The position numbers and the translations under genes were made by a program. A stretch of DNA of 64,000 nt from Octopus vulgaris (lineage: Eukaryota). Positions within the stretch are counted from its first letter, which is position 1, and each line of letters begins with the position of its first letter. The notes beneath the pieces were generated by a model. The model was not told the DNA's origin, did not search any database, and worked only from the letters and a program-made list of their open reading frames with translations. Location: the NCBI GenBank assembly GCA_951406725.2, contig OX597818.1:124248001-124312000 (forward strand), in the 5' to 3' direction. Of the stretch, positions 24,019 to 38,026 are shown in pieces.

Positions 24019-24104
24019 ACTTTCCTGAAGAGAAGATTGCATTGTTTATACCATTTATTCTTTTGAATAGTATCAGTGGAATTTTCGAAACATGTGTCGA
24101 GAGT
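24019..24104 (+). ncRNA. Type I hammerhead ribozyme with canonical core (predicted)
   Basis: Stem I ACTTTC/GAGAGT; CTGAAGA at 24025-24031; stem II GAAGATT/AATTTTC with an extended hairpin; GAAA at 24087-24090; stem III A-C[ATGT]G-T; predicted GUC cleavage after 24098. Confidence 0.75.
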
Positions 24105-24147
24105 AAAAATATTTGATTTACACCTGCGTTAAACTCCATTTATTTAT

Positions 24148-24185
<38 letters not shown>

Positions 24186-24262
24186 TTATTATTTATTTAT
24201 TTATTTATATATGTATATGTATATATATGTATGTATGTATATACATACATATATATATATAT

Positions 24263-24305
<43 letters not shown>

Positions 24306-24308
24306 TAC

Positions 24309-24339
<31 letters not shown>

Positions 24340-24405
24340 CATACATACATATATATATATATATACATACACATACATACATACATACATACATACATAC
24401 ATACA

Positions 24406-24441
<36 letters not shown>

Positions 24442-24704
24442 TAGTTTTGATTTAGAAGCAGTTTTAATAATGTAAGCTGTAAGCAATACCAATGTCACAT
24501 ACTTTATATCTGTATTTGGTTATATAGTTCTTAGCTACGGCATTTCGTCCAGGGAAAGCTCTTTTAGCAAGTCGAGCGTTTAAAAAGCACTGAATAACTC
24601 AAAACCAGGTGAAACGAATTGCCTCTTAGCTGAACGAGAACAGTGGATATCGATATTTCCCTGCTATTTCAGCGCATCGATGACATCAGTATTGTTTACG
24701 CAAG

Positions 24705-24750
<46 letters not shown>

Positions 24751-24885
24751 CACACATGTATAAAAGTGGATTATGTATGTTTATATGCGAGCATGCAAGT
24801 CTGTGCGTGTAATAATGCCATCGTGGCCGATTGTGTGTGTGTGCGCGTGCGCGTGTATCTGTGGGGGAGGGTGTTTACATATATC

Positions 24886-25086
24886 TCTCTTTTACTCTTT
24901 TACTTGTTTCAGTCATTTGACTGCGGCCATGCTGGAGCACCGCCTTTAGTCGAGCAAATCGATCCCGGGACTTATTCTTTTGTAAGCCCAGTACTTATTC
25001 TATCGGTCTCTTTTGCCGAACCGCTGGTGACGGGGATGTAAACACACCAGCATCGGTTGTCAAGCAATGCTAGGGGGACAAACACA

Positions 25087-25130
<44 letters not shown>

Positions 25131-25359
25131 TATATGTGAGCTGGCAGAAACGTTAGCACGCCGGGCGACCTGCGTAGCCGTATTTCGTCTGTCGTTACGT
25201 TCTGAGTTCAAATTCCGCCGAGGTCGACTTTGCCTTTCATCCTTTCGGGGTCGATAAATTAAGTACCAGTTACGCACTGGGGTCGATATAATCGACTTAA
25301 TCCCTTTGTCTGTCCTTGTTTGTCCCCTCTGTGTGTAACCCCTTGTGGGTAGTAAAGAA

Positions 25360-25426
<67 letters not shown>

Positions 25427-25580
25427 TACGACGGGCTTCTTTCAGTTTCCGTCTACCAAATCCACTCACAAGGCATTGGACGGCCCGGGGCTATAGCAGA
25501 AGACACTTGCCCAAGATGCCACGCAGTGGGACTGAACCCGGAACCATGTGGTTGGTTAGCAAGCTACTTACCACACAGTT
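24886..25580 (-). mobile_element. SINE family A with a SINE B (25137-25362, plus strand) inserted in its central microsatellite
   Basis: A tail at 24886-25090, then the B copy, then the A head at 25428-25580. Confidence 0.88.
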
Positions 25581-25989
25581 GCACTAATCGAAAAGAAATC
25601 TGGAGAAGCTTATTGTATTGAACTGTTGAGAGACATCACATTCAGAAAACTCTCTCGGTTGAAAAACCATTCCACATACTTTAAAGCAAATCAACTTATT
25701 TTACACAATATTGGCATTTGGAACAAATTCTTGGTTCTAAAATTGGAAATACTCAATTGGGTACTCAAGCATGACGACTGTCCGACTAATAAAATCAAAG
25801 TAAAAGTTCTAGTAAAATGGACACTTTAAGTGTTTACATTAGCAAAAGCGAGTCGACGAGGGCGCCTCTACGTCTTGCGATTATCTCGAAGCAGCAACCG
25901 GATCTTCCTCAAATCGTATACCTGTCGTTTAAAGAAAAATGATACGCAGGTTGGTCGTTTACATTGTCCTTTCCTGCAGACTAACGGTA

Positions 25990-26058
<69 letters not shown>

Positions 26059-26141
26059 TGTACGTACGTGTGTCTCAGTACGTGTGAGTGTGTGTACATC
26101 TGAGTATTTGTGAGTGCGTATATGGTTGCGTGTGTAGTGTG

Positions 26142-26175
<34 letters not shown>

Positions 26176-26435
26176 GAGTGTGTGTGTTGTGTGTGAGTGT
26201 GTGTGTAGTGTATGAGTGTGTGTGTTGTGTGTGAGTGTGTGTGTAGTGTGTGAGTGTGTGTGTAGTGTGTGAGTGTGTGTGTAGTGTGTGTGTAGTGTGT
26301 GTAGTGTGTGAGTGTGTAGTGTGTGAGTGCGTGTGTGTTTGTGGTTGTGCATGTAGTCGTGTGTGTAGTGTGTATGCTTGTTTGTGTGTTTTTATATATG
26401 TGTATATGTCGATACTGTGCGTGTGTGTATATGTG

Positions 26436-26486
<51 letters not shown>

Positions 26487-26799
26487 CAGCTCTAGTAAAA
26501 GACTAACTCATACCTTCACGAGATCACCAACACATCGCTGTATCTTTACCAATGCCCAAATTGCCCCACACACTTCGTCACATTGCCTATTTCCAATTGA
26601 GGCGACAATTAATTTGAAATGCGAATTCTTTTTCAATTTGAATTATTTCCGTTGCATTTCGTTATGTCAATCATTGTTAAGCAATGTTTACCCCTCCTCT
26701 GTTATATATATATATATTCTCGATTAAATTTATTGTAGCACCGACCACATAAAGTAGGTTAGTGCTTACTTCGGTTGTTAAACGGTAAGTTTTGATATA

Positions 26800-27023
26800 T
26801 ATTTCTTTACTACCCACAAGGGGCTAAACATAGAGGGGACAAACAAGGACAGACAAAGGGATTGAGTCGATTACATCGACCCAGTGCGAAACTGGTACTT
26901 TATTTATCGACCCCGAGAGGATGAAAGGCAAAGTCGACCTCGGCGGAATTTGAACTCCCAACGTACCGACAAACGAAATGCAGCTACGCATTTCGCCCGG
27001 CGCACTAACGTTTCTGCCAGCTC
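26800..27023 (-). mobile_element. SINE family B
   Basis: 14-bp TSD TAAGTTTTGATATA (26786-26799 and 27024-27037). Confidence 0.9.
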
Positions 27024-27106
27024 TAAGTTTTGATATAGTCACTCGACCAACTAGGCGTTGAACCCCACCAAATCATAACCTGACATCTTAGAAAAAAAAA
27101 GATCAA

Positions 27107-27880
27107 GTGTGGTAAGTAGCTTGTTTACCAACCACATGGATCAGGGTTCAGTCCCACTGCGTGGCATCTTGGGTAAGTGTCTTCTACTATAGCCTCGGGC
27201 CGACCAAAGCCTTGTGAGTGGATTTGGTAGACGGAAACTGAAAGAAGCCCGTCGTATATATGTATATATATGCGTGTGTGTGTTTGTGTGTCTGTGTTTG
27301 TTCCCCTAGCATTGCTTGACAACCGATGCTGGTGTGTTTATGTCCCCGTTACTTAGCGGTTCGGCAAAAGAGACCGATAGAATAAGTACTGGGCTTACAA
27401 AAGAATAAGTCCCAGGGTCGAGTTGCTCTATTAAAGGCGGTGCTCCAGCATGGCCGCAGTCAAATGACTGAAACAAGTAAAAGTAAAAAAGAGTGGCTGT
27501 GTGGTAGGTAGCTTGCTTACCAACCACATGGTTCCAGGTTCAGTCCCTCTGCGTGGCACCTTGGGCATGTGTCTTCTGCTATAGCCTTAGGCCAACCAAA
27601 GTCTTGTGAGTGGATTTGGTAGACGGAAACTGAAAGAAGCCCGTCGTATGTGTGTGCGTGTATGTTTGTGTGTTTATGTTTGTGTCTCTGTTTGTGCCCC
27701 CAAGCATTGCTTGACAACTGATGCTGGTGTGTTTACATCACCGTAACTTAGCGGTTCGGCAAAAGAGACCGATAGAATAAGTACTGGGCTTATAGAGAAT
27801 AAATCCTGGGGTCGATTTGCTCGACTAAAGGCGGTGCTCCAGCATGGCCGCAGTCAAATGACTGAAACAAGTAAAAGAAG
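27107..27880 (+). mobile_element. Two SINE A copies head-to-tail
   Basis: 27107-27490 and 27491-27880. Confidence 0.88.
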
Positions 27881-28306
27881 AAAAAAAACCCATTAGATAT
27901 TGTGGCTCTGGATACCATGCACAAGGGGGAAAACGGGATGGCCAGGGATAGAACGCTTTTATCATAACTCTATTCGATCACGGTTGACCAGAGGCTAAGC
28001 AACAACAACCGTAAACATCCATGTTATATTAAAAACCCTTATAAATGAATTAACATTTTTGCGTGATCGGTTCCTTGACCGGGCAGTATGGTGTGTCCTT
28101 GAGCAAAACACTTCATCTCATATTCTTTTGCGATCACCACGACGTCTGCTGTGTGACACGCTTGTGCACTTGTACAGACAATGTCAATTTGATGAAGAGA
28201 GTGAGCTAATGTGCTGTACAAACATTTGACTACTATAAAGAAATTATCTATGCAAGTTGTTCAGCAAGAAATTGGAAGAGGCTACCATTAAAATATATCT
28301 GTATGT

Positions 28307-28868
28307 AGGAGTGGCTGTGTGGTAAGTAGCTTGCTTACCAACCACATGGTTCCGGGTTCATTCCCACTGCGTGGCACCTTGGGCAAGTGTCTTCTAATAT
28401 AGCCTCGGGCCGACCAAAGCCTTGTGAGTGGATTTGGTAGACGGAAACTGAAAGAAGCCCGTCGTATATATGTATATGCATCTGAGTGTGTGTGAATAAC
28501 GCTACGCTGGTAAAAGGTAATTCTGTTATTTTTAGTTGGAGAAATAAACCAGTTACTGAGCTAGGCTGGAAGAGTCGGCATAATTGTGGAAGAGTGGCTG
28601 TGTGGTAAGTAGCTTGCTAACCAACCTCATGGTTCCGGGTTCATTCCCACTGCGTGGCACCTTGGGCAAGTGTCTTCTAATATAGCCTCGGGCCGACCAA
28701 AGCCTTGTGAGTGGATTTGGTAGACGGAAACTGAAAGAAGCCCGTCGTATATATGTATATGCATCTGAGTGTGTGTGAATAACGCTACGCTGGTAATTCT
28801 GTTATTTTTAGTTGGAGAAATAAACCAGTTACTGAGCTAGGCTGGAAGAGTCGGCATAATTGTGGAAG
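28307..28868 (+). repeat. ~280-bp tandem duplication of a SINE A 5' half plus its flank
   Basis: 28307-28591 and 28592-28868 share the private variants TTCATTCCC and TTCTAATATAG. Confidence 0.88.
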
Positions 28869-28987
28869 AAAACGTTCATAAAGACATTTTAAATGGTCTT
28901 CTATACCTGCACTACTGTTGTTAACTGCATACAAGTTATATTGAGTCACATGCAAAATTATCTGCTAATTATATAATGATGTAAACT

Positions 28988-29386
28988 AGGAGTGGCTGTG
29001 TGGTAAGTAGCTTGCTAACCAACCACATGGTTCCGGGTTCAGTCCCACTGCGTGGCATCTTGGGCAAATGTCTTCTGCTATAGCCCCGGGCCGACCAATG
29101 CCTTGTGAGTGGATTTGGTAGACGGAAACTGAAAGAAGCCTGTCGTATATATGTATATATATATGTGTGTTTGTGTGTCTGTGTTTGTCCCCCTAGCATT
29201 GTTTGACAACCGATGCTGGTGTGTTTACGTCCCCGTCACTTAGCGGTTCGGCAAAAGAGACCGATAAAATAAGTACTGGGCTTACAAAGAATAAGTCCCG
29301 GGGTCGATTTGCTCTACTAAAAGGCGGTGCTCCAGCATGGCCGCAGTCAAATGACTGAAACAAGTAAATTAGTAATGAGTATGAGT
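28988..29386 (+). mobile_element. SINE family A flanked by 120-bp direct repeats
   Basis: 28869-28988 is repeated at 29387-29506 with 5 mismatches. Confidence 0.9.
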
Positions 29387-29892
29387 AAAACGTTCATAAA
29401 GAAATTTCAAACGGTCTTCTACACCTGCACTACTGTTGTTAACTGGATACAAGTTATATTGAGTCACATGCAAAATTATCTGCTAATTATATAATGATGT
29501 AAACTACTTAGGCTGTCGGCTGTTAAACAGGGAACACTGCTTAAAGGAACTCACTCTGGTACGTAGGGGGTAAATGTATTTCTTTTACTGCCCACAAGGG
29601 GCTAAACATAGAGGGGACAAACAAGGACAGACAAAGGGATTAAGTCGATTACATCGACTCCAGTGAGAAACTGGTACTTTATTTATCGACCCCGAAAGGA
29701 TGAAAGGTAAAGTCGACCTCGGCTGAATTTGACAGGACAAAACAATACAAGTGTTCAAAGGTGGATGAATACAACAAAGTGTCATCGACCATCCATCAAA
29801 AATATAAAAGTATATATATAGGGCAGGCACTCGTTAAAGCTTTCATCTTTCAGGTCTAGCATTGCTGATTCTTGGCAATCTCTACATCTGGT

Positions 29893-29924
<32 letters not shown>

Positions 29925-30159
29925 CCCCTCTCTCTCTCTCTACTCTTTCTCAGACGTATCAGCCATGTCTTTCCTCTGACCCAGAGAATCCCAAAGGAGA
30001 AAAAACTTCTTGATTGATACGAGAATAAACTCAAGCTGGCTTAAAACGGTCCTGACTAGGAGGATAAGTCGTCGTCTCATCTTTCGCACCGTCGGAAATG
30101 ATTAGCGCGTGCTATTGCATTTCATATATGTGCATGTGTGTAAATATTCATCTATTATC

Positions 30160-30214
<55 letters not shown>

Positions 30215-30265
30215 TGTAAGTATTTATATAAATGTAAGTAAATATAAATGCGTGTATATATATAC

Positions 30266-30409
<144 letters not shown>

Positions 30410-30553
30410 ATAACAGATGAGAGAGAGAGAGAGAGAAGATGAAGAAGAGAATTATTTTCCAGAGACTTTTGATGTGACATTCTAATTTTCCAGACAAATG
30501 AATCCCAGCCACCTCCCTGTACATTTGTTTTCCAATCATAACAAACATTTGTG

Positions 30554-30586
<33 letters not shown>

Positions 30587-30785
30587 GTCTTCTTTGTCTT
30601 TGAATTGGACAACTCTACATCCTAGCGCAAATATGTGTATGTGAGCGTGTGCGTGTATATGTACGTATGTCCGTATATATACATACATATATGTCTGTAT
30701 GTATATATATATATATATGTATGTATATATATATATATATATATATGTATATGTATGTATATATATATATATATATATGTATGTG

Positions 30786-30830
<45 letters not shown>

Positions 30831-30837
30831 GTATGTG

Positions 30838-30901
<64 letters not shown>

Positions 30902-30982
30902 ACACATATATGTATACACACACACATATATACATATATATATATGTGTATGTGTGTGGATTCTATCGATTTCTACACACAG

Positions 30983-31015
<33 letters not shown>

Positions 31016-31022
31016 TGTATGT

Positions 31023-31099
<77 letters not shown>

Positions 31100-31454
31100 C
31101 AGGTAAGTAGATTAAAGGAAATGTATGCATGTATTACATACACGCCAAGGTACGATACAATACATGCCTATATACACATAAATATCTGTTGCGTAAAATG
31201 TTGGCTAAAATCCATAGAAAAGACCTTTTGTACAGTATTGCACTGGAATTAAACATCGCTAATGCTATTAATTGAACTCACTGCCAAGGCAGCGTCATAC
31301 ATGCAAAACAGTCTTTCCGATTTAGGGAAGCCTTAAGTAATAGGGGGATTATAAGTAGCATCACTGTTGACAGTTAAAGAGAGTAGTCCAATCACTGGAG
31401 GAACCCCGATGTAAGATTAAAACTAATCCATTAAATCCAACATTTTTCCTTTCG

Positions 31455-31490
<36 letters not shown>

Positions 31491-31704
31491 CACACACGCT
31501 CACATACACACACTCACAACACACACTCACAACACACATAGATACATAAATGCATGCATGCATACATACATAGATACATACATGCATAATTAAATATATT
31601 GTTGGCTAAATTCTATAGATGTATTTCGGTGCTACTACAGATATATTTCGTGTTGTCTACCGTAGAATCCGTTAGATGGGCTCGAGATATGGATATACAT
31701 ATTT

Positions 31705-31925
31705 TCTTTTATTTTTTTTACTTGTTTCAATCATTTGACTGTGGCCATGTTGGAGCATCGCCTTAAATGTTTTTTTTTATTCGAACAAATCGACACCAAG
31801 ACTTATTTTTGTTAGCCTAGTACTTATTCTATCGTACTCTTTTGCCGAACCGCTAAGTTGCTGTAAACAAACCAATATCGGTTGTCACGCGATGGTGGGG
31901 TGACAAACACAGACACAAAAACACA

Positions 31926-31993
<68 letters not shown>

Positions 31994-32113
31994 GATTTGG
32001 GCAGCCCGAGGCTATAGTAGAAGGCACTTGCCCAAGGTGCCACGCAGTTGAACTGAACCTGGAACCATGTACTTGGTAAGCAACCCTCTTACCACATAGC
32101 TACGCCTGCGCCT
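31705..32113 (-). mobile_element. SINE family A, diverged
   Basis: Tail, (CA)n middle and head are recognisable. Confidence 0.8.
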
Positions 32114-33749
32114 GTGTGTGTGTGTCTATGTGTATGGGTGTGCGTGTGCATGCGTGTGTGTGTGTGTGTGGTCTTCATATTGATAATACACAATGACATG
32201 TAGGTAGGCTGGTTGGCTGCGTGCTAAAGTGAAGAATGACCACACTAATAATAGAGTTTTCCCTGCGTAAAATAGAAATAACATTTTAATTAATTATCTG
32301 ATAATTGTTCATATGTGTTATAGGCAGAATATTTAGAAAAAGTGAGAACACCTATAATGGAACTGAGTGACAGGGTTCCGTGTAGCACTGAGATCGCTCT
32401 GTTTTGGAGTCCATTAAATATAACGACATTTTATTACTTTTAGCAATGCTTCTAGAACCTTCAGCAAAACTACTTGGCGGGAATTTCACACAAGTTTCTT
32501 TTAAGTATATCACCTTATCGGTTACATACAAACCGGTAGTAAGTTTTGAAACCATGTTCATGCAGGTGTTCATGCTTTTTCTGCCGATACTATTAATTTA
32601 TTATAATAGGTTTTGCCTTTTATACAAATAAAAAGCAAGATTCTAAACTAGGAATCTAAGGTGAGATGGTTCGAAACTATGCAGAAACCTCGCTATACGT
32701 ACGTACATACATACATACATACATACATACATACATACATACATACATACATACATACGTACGTACGTATATACGTATGTACGTACCTACGTATGTACAT
32801 ATACCTATCAAAAGGATCCAATATTGTTTCAGAGCCATTGGTTCATAAGGTCGGTTTCCCGGATGTTGTGGTGTATATATCCACCCCCACTTCCACATAC
32901 GAGACGCTGATCCGTTGTAGGATTATTCATTTTTGCCAGCTCACCTGAGTAAACTGGAACATTGTGAAATGGAATGTTCTACTCGAGAATACAACGCATC
33001 GTACGATCCAGAAATCGAAACCACACTTTTACAGCCAAATGTACAACACTCTAACCACTAAGCCAAGAACCTACACACAAGTATGTGTGTGTGCATATTC
33101 ATGGGCTCAACTCACTTCCCCTCTTCATCTGACACCAACCTCACACGGATTCCCACACACCACTCAACCCAACTGCCCCCTCCATCAACACACCTGTATA
33201 CTGCCTGCTTCAGTACCCTCACCATACACGCACCGATATACAAACACTCATACACACTGTTCAACTCATTACTTCACACACACACAACACCTTCCTGCTC
33301 CACACACGCTAGCACCGACCACTTCTCAGCATCCACACCACACACTATTATCCACACACCCACTGTTTAACTCAGTACACATTACCACACACCATCACGC
33401 ACACTCACACACCCACACAAGCTTATAATACCTGAACACAGACAATATATACACACACACGCAACATGCATAAACTTTCGCCCACAAACATACACACTAT
33501 TTGGTCACAGACACAGACACACACATATACATGTGCACTCACCACCTGACAAGTACACATCAACTGCTGCACCAACACAGACACGCGCGCACTAGACTCC
33601 CTCGACCCCATTCACACATACACACATACCATTCTCACATACATACGCTTGCTTGCGCATCTTAGTTCGTTGGGGATCACCATTACCGTTTTTATCAGTA
33701 TCTCCCTTTCATTCAACCTCTTTTATTCTAGTCATCTCGCCATGTTGGA

Positions 33750-34115
33750 CAGTTGAACTCTGCACAGTTTTTCTCTCTCCGTTTTTTTCCCTCTTAATCC
33801 TTTCTATCGAAGAGCATAGGCTCAAAACGCAAAAAGCTTGTTCCATTTTTCCCGAGCGTTAAACTAATACACCTTCTTGTTGTCCCTACACCTGTCTTCG
33901 TCTTTTGTTTTCTGTAAATTTGAACTATATATATCAGTAGCCACAACACACATTTTTTCTCTCTCCTTGTTTCTTTCTATGTTCCTTTCTCTGGAAGAGC
34001 GTAGGCTCGAAACGTGAAAGACTTTTTCAATTCCCGATGTATACTAATACAACTGTTTGTTTTCTTTAAACCCCTGTCTTCGTCTTATGTTTTTTTTCGT
34101 GAATTCTTCCCCTGT
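33750..34115 (+). mobile_element. Two tandem pLTR-like units with degenerate hammerhead motifs
   Basis: GAAGAGCATAGGCTCAAAACG (about 33809) and GAAGAGCGTAGGCTCGAAACG (about 33994), each followed by the same CTAATACA...CTGTCTTCGTC body and (TA)n. Confidence 0.65.
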
Positions 34116-34122
34116 ATATATA

Positions 34123-34201
<79 letters not shown>

Positions 34202-34292
34202 TATGTATGTATGCAATTTATGTATGTATGTATGTATGTATGTTGTGATTTTCTATGTATGTATATGTATATGTACACACGATAATTCACAT

Positions 34293-34371
<79 letters not shown>

Positions 34372-34436
34372 GTATGTATATGTATATGTACACACGCACA
34401 TATATATATATATATATATACATATACATACATATT

Positions 34437-34488
<52 letters not shown>

Positions 34489-35173
34489 CAAACACACATA
34501 GAACACAATAGAAATCATAGTTAAATGTATCAAAGCAACACAAACTATTGATGACATTTTAGTTACCCAGTTTTCATGTCCTAATTAGTGTTTAAATTAG
34601 ATACGTTACACCCACCTAAATAAGTTGTTTCCCAAATATTTACATGGCGTAAACTTGCAATTCAATTTCATTAAGCAAGTTAACTCTAATGAATGGTTAA
34701 TTGACCTCTAATTAAGACATGAGACTCAGAGTAACTAATGCATAATTAAAAGCTTAAATTATTCACTGGCGCGTTAACAGGATTCGTTTTTGATGCCATG
34801 ACATACTGGAGACTAAACCTATAGAATTATACCAGCTCTACATTTGCTGATTAATTAAAATTAATTAAACAGACTGGACAGTTGTAAACGACTTACTTTA
34901 TTTAAATTATTTTACCAAGGATAGAAAAAGTTGGAGCGGCTGGACTATGCTTCATTGATATCATATTTTACGATTTTATCAGTTCTCGTGTATTTTACTT
35001 TTGCTCTGTGTTCAGTGACATTATATTTATAGCCGACGTGATTAATTGCTTTATTAACTCGGGTACACTGATTTGCATATTTGACAGGATTCATGGATAT
35101 TCGATTAAATAAGTTACTGACACGTTAACTCTGCATTAGTTAATAACTTGTATTGCTTCGTATCCAAAAACAG

Positions 35174-35226
<53 letters not shown>

Positions 35227-35245
35227 CAGATAGATAGATAGATAA

Positions 35246-35474
<229 letters not shown>

Positions 35475-35499
35475 CATACATACATACATACATACATAC

Positions 35500-35609
<110 letters not shown>

Positions 35610-35640
35610 TGATTGATTGAGTGATAGATAGATTGATAGA

Positions 35641-36165
35641 TATGTTTCTTTATTAGCCACACAGGGCTGCACACAGATAGAACAAATTACAAGGTAGAGC
35701 TTTTCTTTTGAAGGTTTAAAAAAAAAAAAAAAAAAAAGGAAGGGGGAGTTTCGATCAAAAGGGATCGTAAAAGGAGAGAAAGAGGACAAAAAAAGGGGGG
35801 TTAAAAAAAAGGGGGGGAGGAAAAAAATTGATCAATAGGGATCGTTATCACAGAAATGTCAATATGAAGTGTAAAGGGGAGGACAGGTGAGGTTTACCCG
35901 TGGAAAGAAAAGCCTACGGAAAAGACCACGGTAACCTCGGTCAATGAAGTCACATTTTATATTTCTTTTTTTATTTTTTTTTTTTTTTTGCAAATAAGCA
36001 ACTCTCTGTTTTCGATTTCTGGGTTCATAGGACTATGCTCAAGGTGGCTTCGTCATTCATACGTGCCATTCTTGCTACATTCACCCATCTTTTTTTAAAA
36101 CATTCGCTAGACAAAACTTGCCTCTCTACTCTCACTTTCCTTTTCAAGTGGTACTTGAAAAACAG
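35641..36165 (-). mobile_element. Tx1/L1-clade LINE 3' end (ORF2 terminus and 3' UTR) between (GATA)n and (CATA)n
   Basis: FFKYHLKRKVRVERQVLSSECFKKRWVNVAR aligns with FNFHLVRKIRLERKYLPHSVNEKRWKNVVR at the end of the 52406-54430 element. AATAAA lies near the 3' end. Confidence 0.78.
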
Positions 36166-36179
36166 GCAGATAGACAGAT

Positions 36180-36960
36180 ACATACATACATACATACATA
36201 CATACAATACATGCATACATACATACATACATACATACATGCATACATACATACATACATACATTCATACATACATACATGCATACATACATACATACAA
36301 ACATTCATACATACATACATGCATGCATACATTCATACATACATACATGCATACATACATACATACATTCATACATACATACATACATACATACATACAT
36401 ACATACATGCATACATACATACATACATTCATACATACATACATACATACATACATTCATACATACATACATACAAACATGCATACATTCATACATACAT
36501 ACATACATTCATACATACATACATACACACATACATACATACATACATACATACATACATGCATACATACATACAAACATGCATACATTCATACATACAT
36601 GCATACATTCATACATACATACATACATACATACATACATACATGCATACATACATGCATACATACATACATACATGCAAACATACATACATACATACAT
36701 ACATACATACATGCATACATACATACATACATACATACATACATACATACATACATACATACATACATACATACATACATACATACATACATACATACAT
36801 ACATACATACATACATACATACATACATACATACATGCATACATGCATGCATGCATACATACATACATACATACATACATACATACATACATACATACAT
36901 ACATACATACATACATACATACATACATACATACATACATACATACATACATACATACAC
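36180..36960. repeat. (CATA)n microsatellite
   Basis: About 780 bp of CATA with variants. Similar tracts occur at 47790-48260 and 50267-50700. Confidence 0.95.
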
Positions 36961-37192
36961 AGTTGATTATTTTTCACAAACTTTTGATGTAACAACTGAT
37001 ACCCAACGCTATCTCTGCGCATTTCCACCATAATATATTTTTGTTATTGCTTTGTTTCTTTCTTTAACAGCAAGATTACTCTATATGTACGCATATATGT
37101 ATGCCTAATTTCAGGAAAAAATCAATTAAGAGAAATAACTCAAAGTAACCAGTGGCATATATTTGAATAACACAAATAAAATTATGTCACAT

Positions 37193-37577
37193 GGGAAGCA
37201 CTCCGTCGGTTACGACGACGAGGGTTCCGGTTGATCCGAATCAACGGAACAGCCTGCTCGTGAAATTAACGTGTAAGTGGCTGAGCACTCCACAGACACG
37301 TGCCCTTAACGTAGTTCTCGGGGATATTCAGCATGACACAGAGAGTGACAAGGCCGGCCCCTTGAAATACAGGTACAACAGAAACAGGAAGTAGAGTGAG
37401 AGAAAGTTGTGGTGAAAGAATACAGCAGGGATCACCACCATCCCCTGCCGGAGCCTCGTGGAGCTTTTAGGTGTTTTTCGCTCAATAAACACTCACAACG
37501 CCCGGTCTGGGAATCGAAACCGCGATTGTATAACCGCGAGTCCGCTGCCCTAACCACTGGGCCATTGCGCCTCCACC
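37193..37577 (-). mobile_element. tRNA-headed SINE family C, full length
   Basis: 9-bp TSD ATGTCACAT (37184-37192 and 37578-37586). Homologous to 20093-20433. Confidence 0.88.
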
Positions 37578-38026
37578 ATGTCACATATTATACAACGTAC
37601 ATTCTTGATTTATTAAAACTATCTCCGCTTCTAGAGAATGCGTCATAATTACCAAATGGCAACTAAGACCAGCCCCAACAAAACATTTTAGCATTGAGTT
37701 CATTAATCTGTACACCCACCTTGTTAAATCACAAACCGGATCTGGTCACTATATTCAGCTACCACTCAGCTCACGAACTTATCACAGAAAATTACACGAC
37801 GTCTTTAACAACGTGAAATCTTACAAAGATCTCTAGTCTAACTTCCATTACAATCGACAGTTTTCGACTCCATTCCTTGTTATCCACGCATGCAAAAGAA
37901 AACAAAAGTATTCCACAACGCCTTAAGAAACAACACAAATCGCTGGCTAACAAGAAGCCTATCAGACTACCGAACGAATATAGGGTGTAAAATTTATACT
38001 ACATTGTAATATATATTGTATGTATA

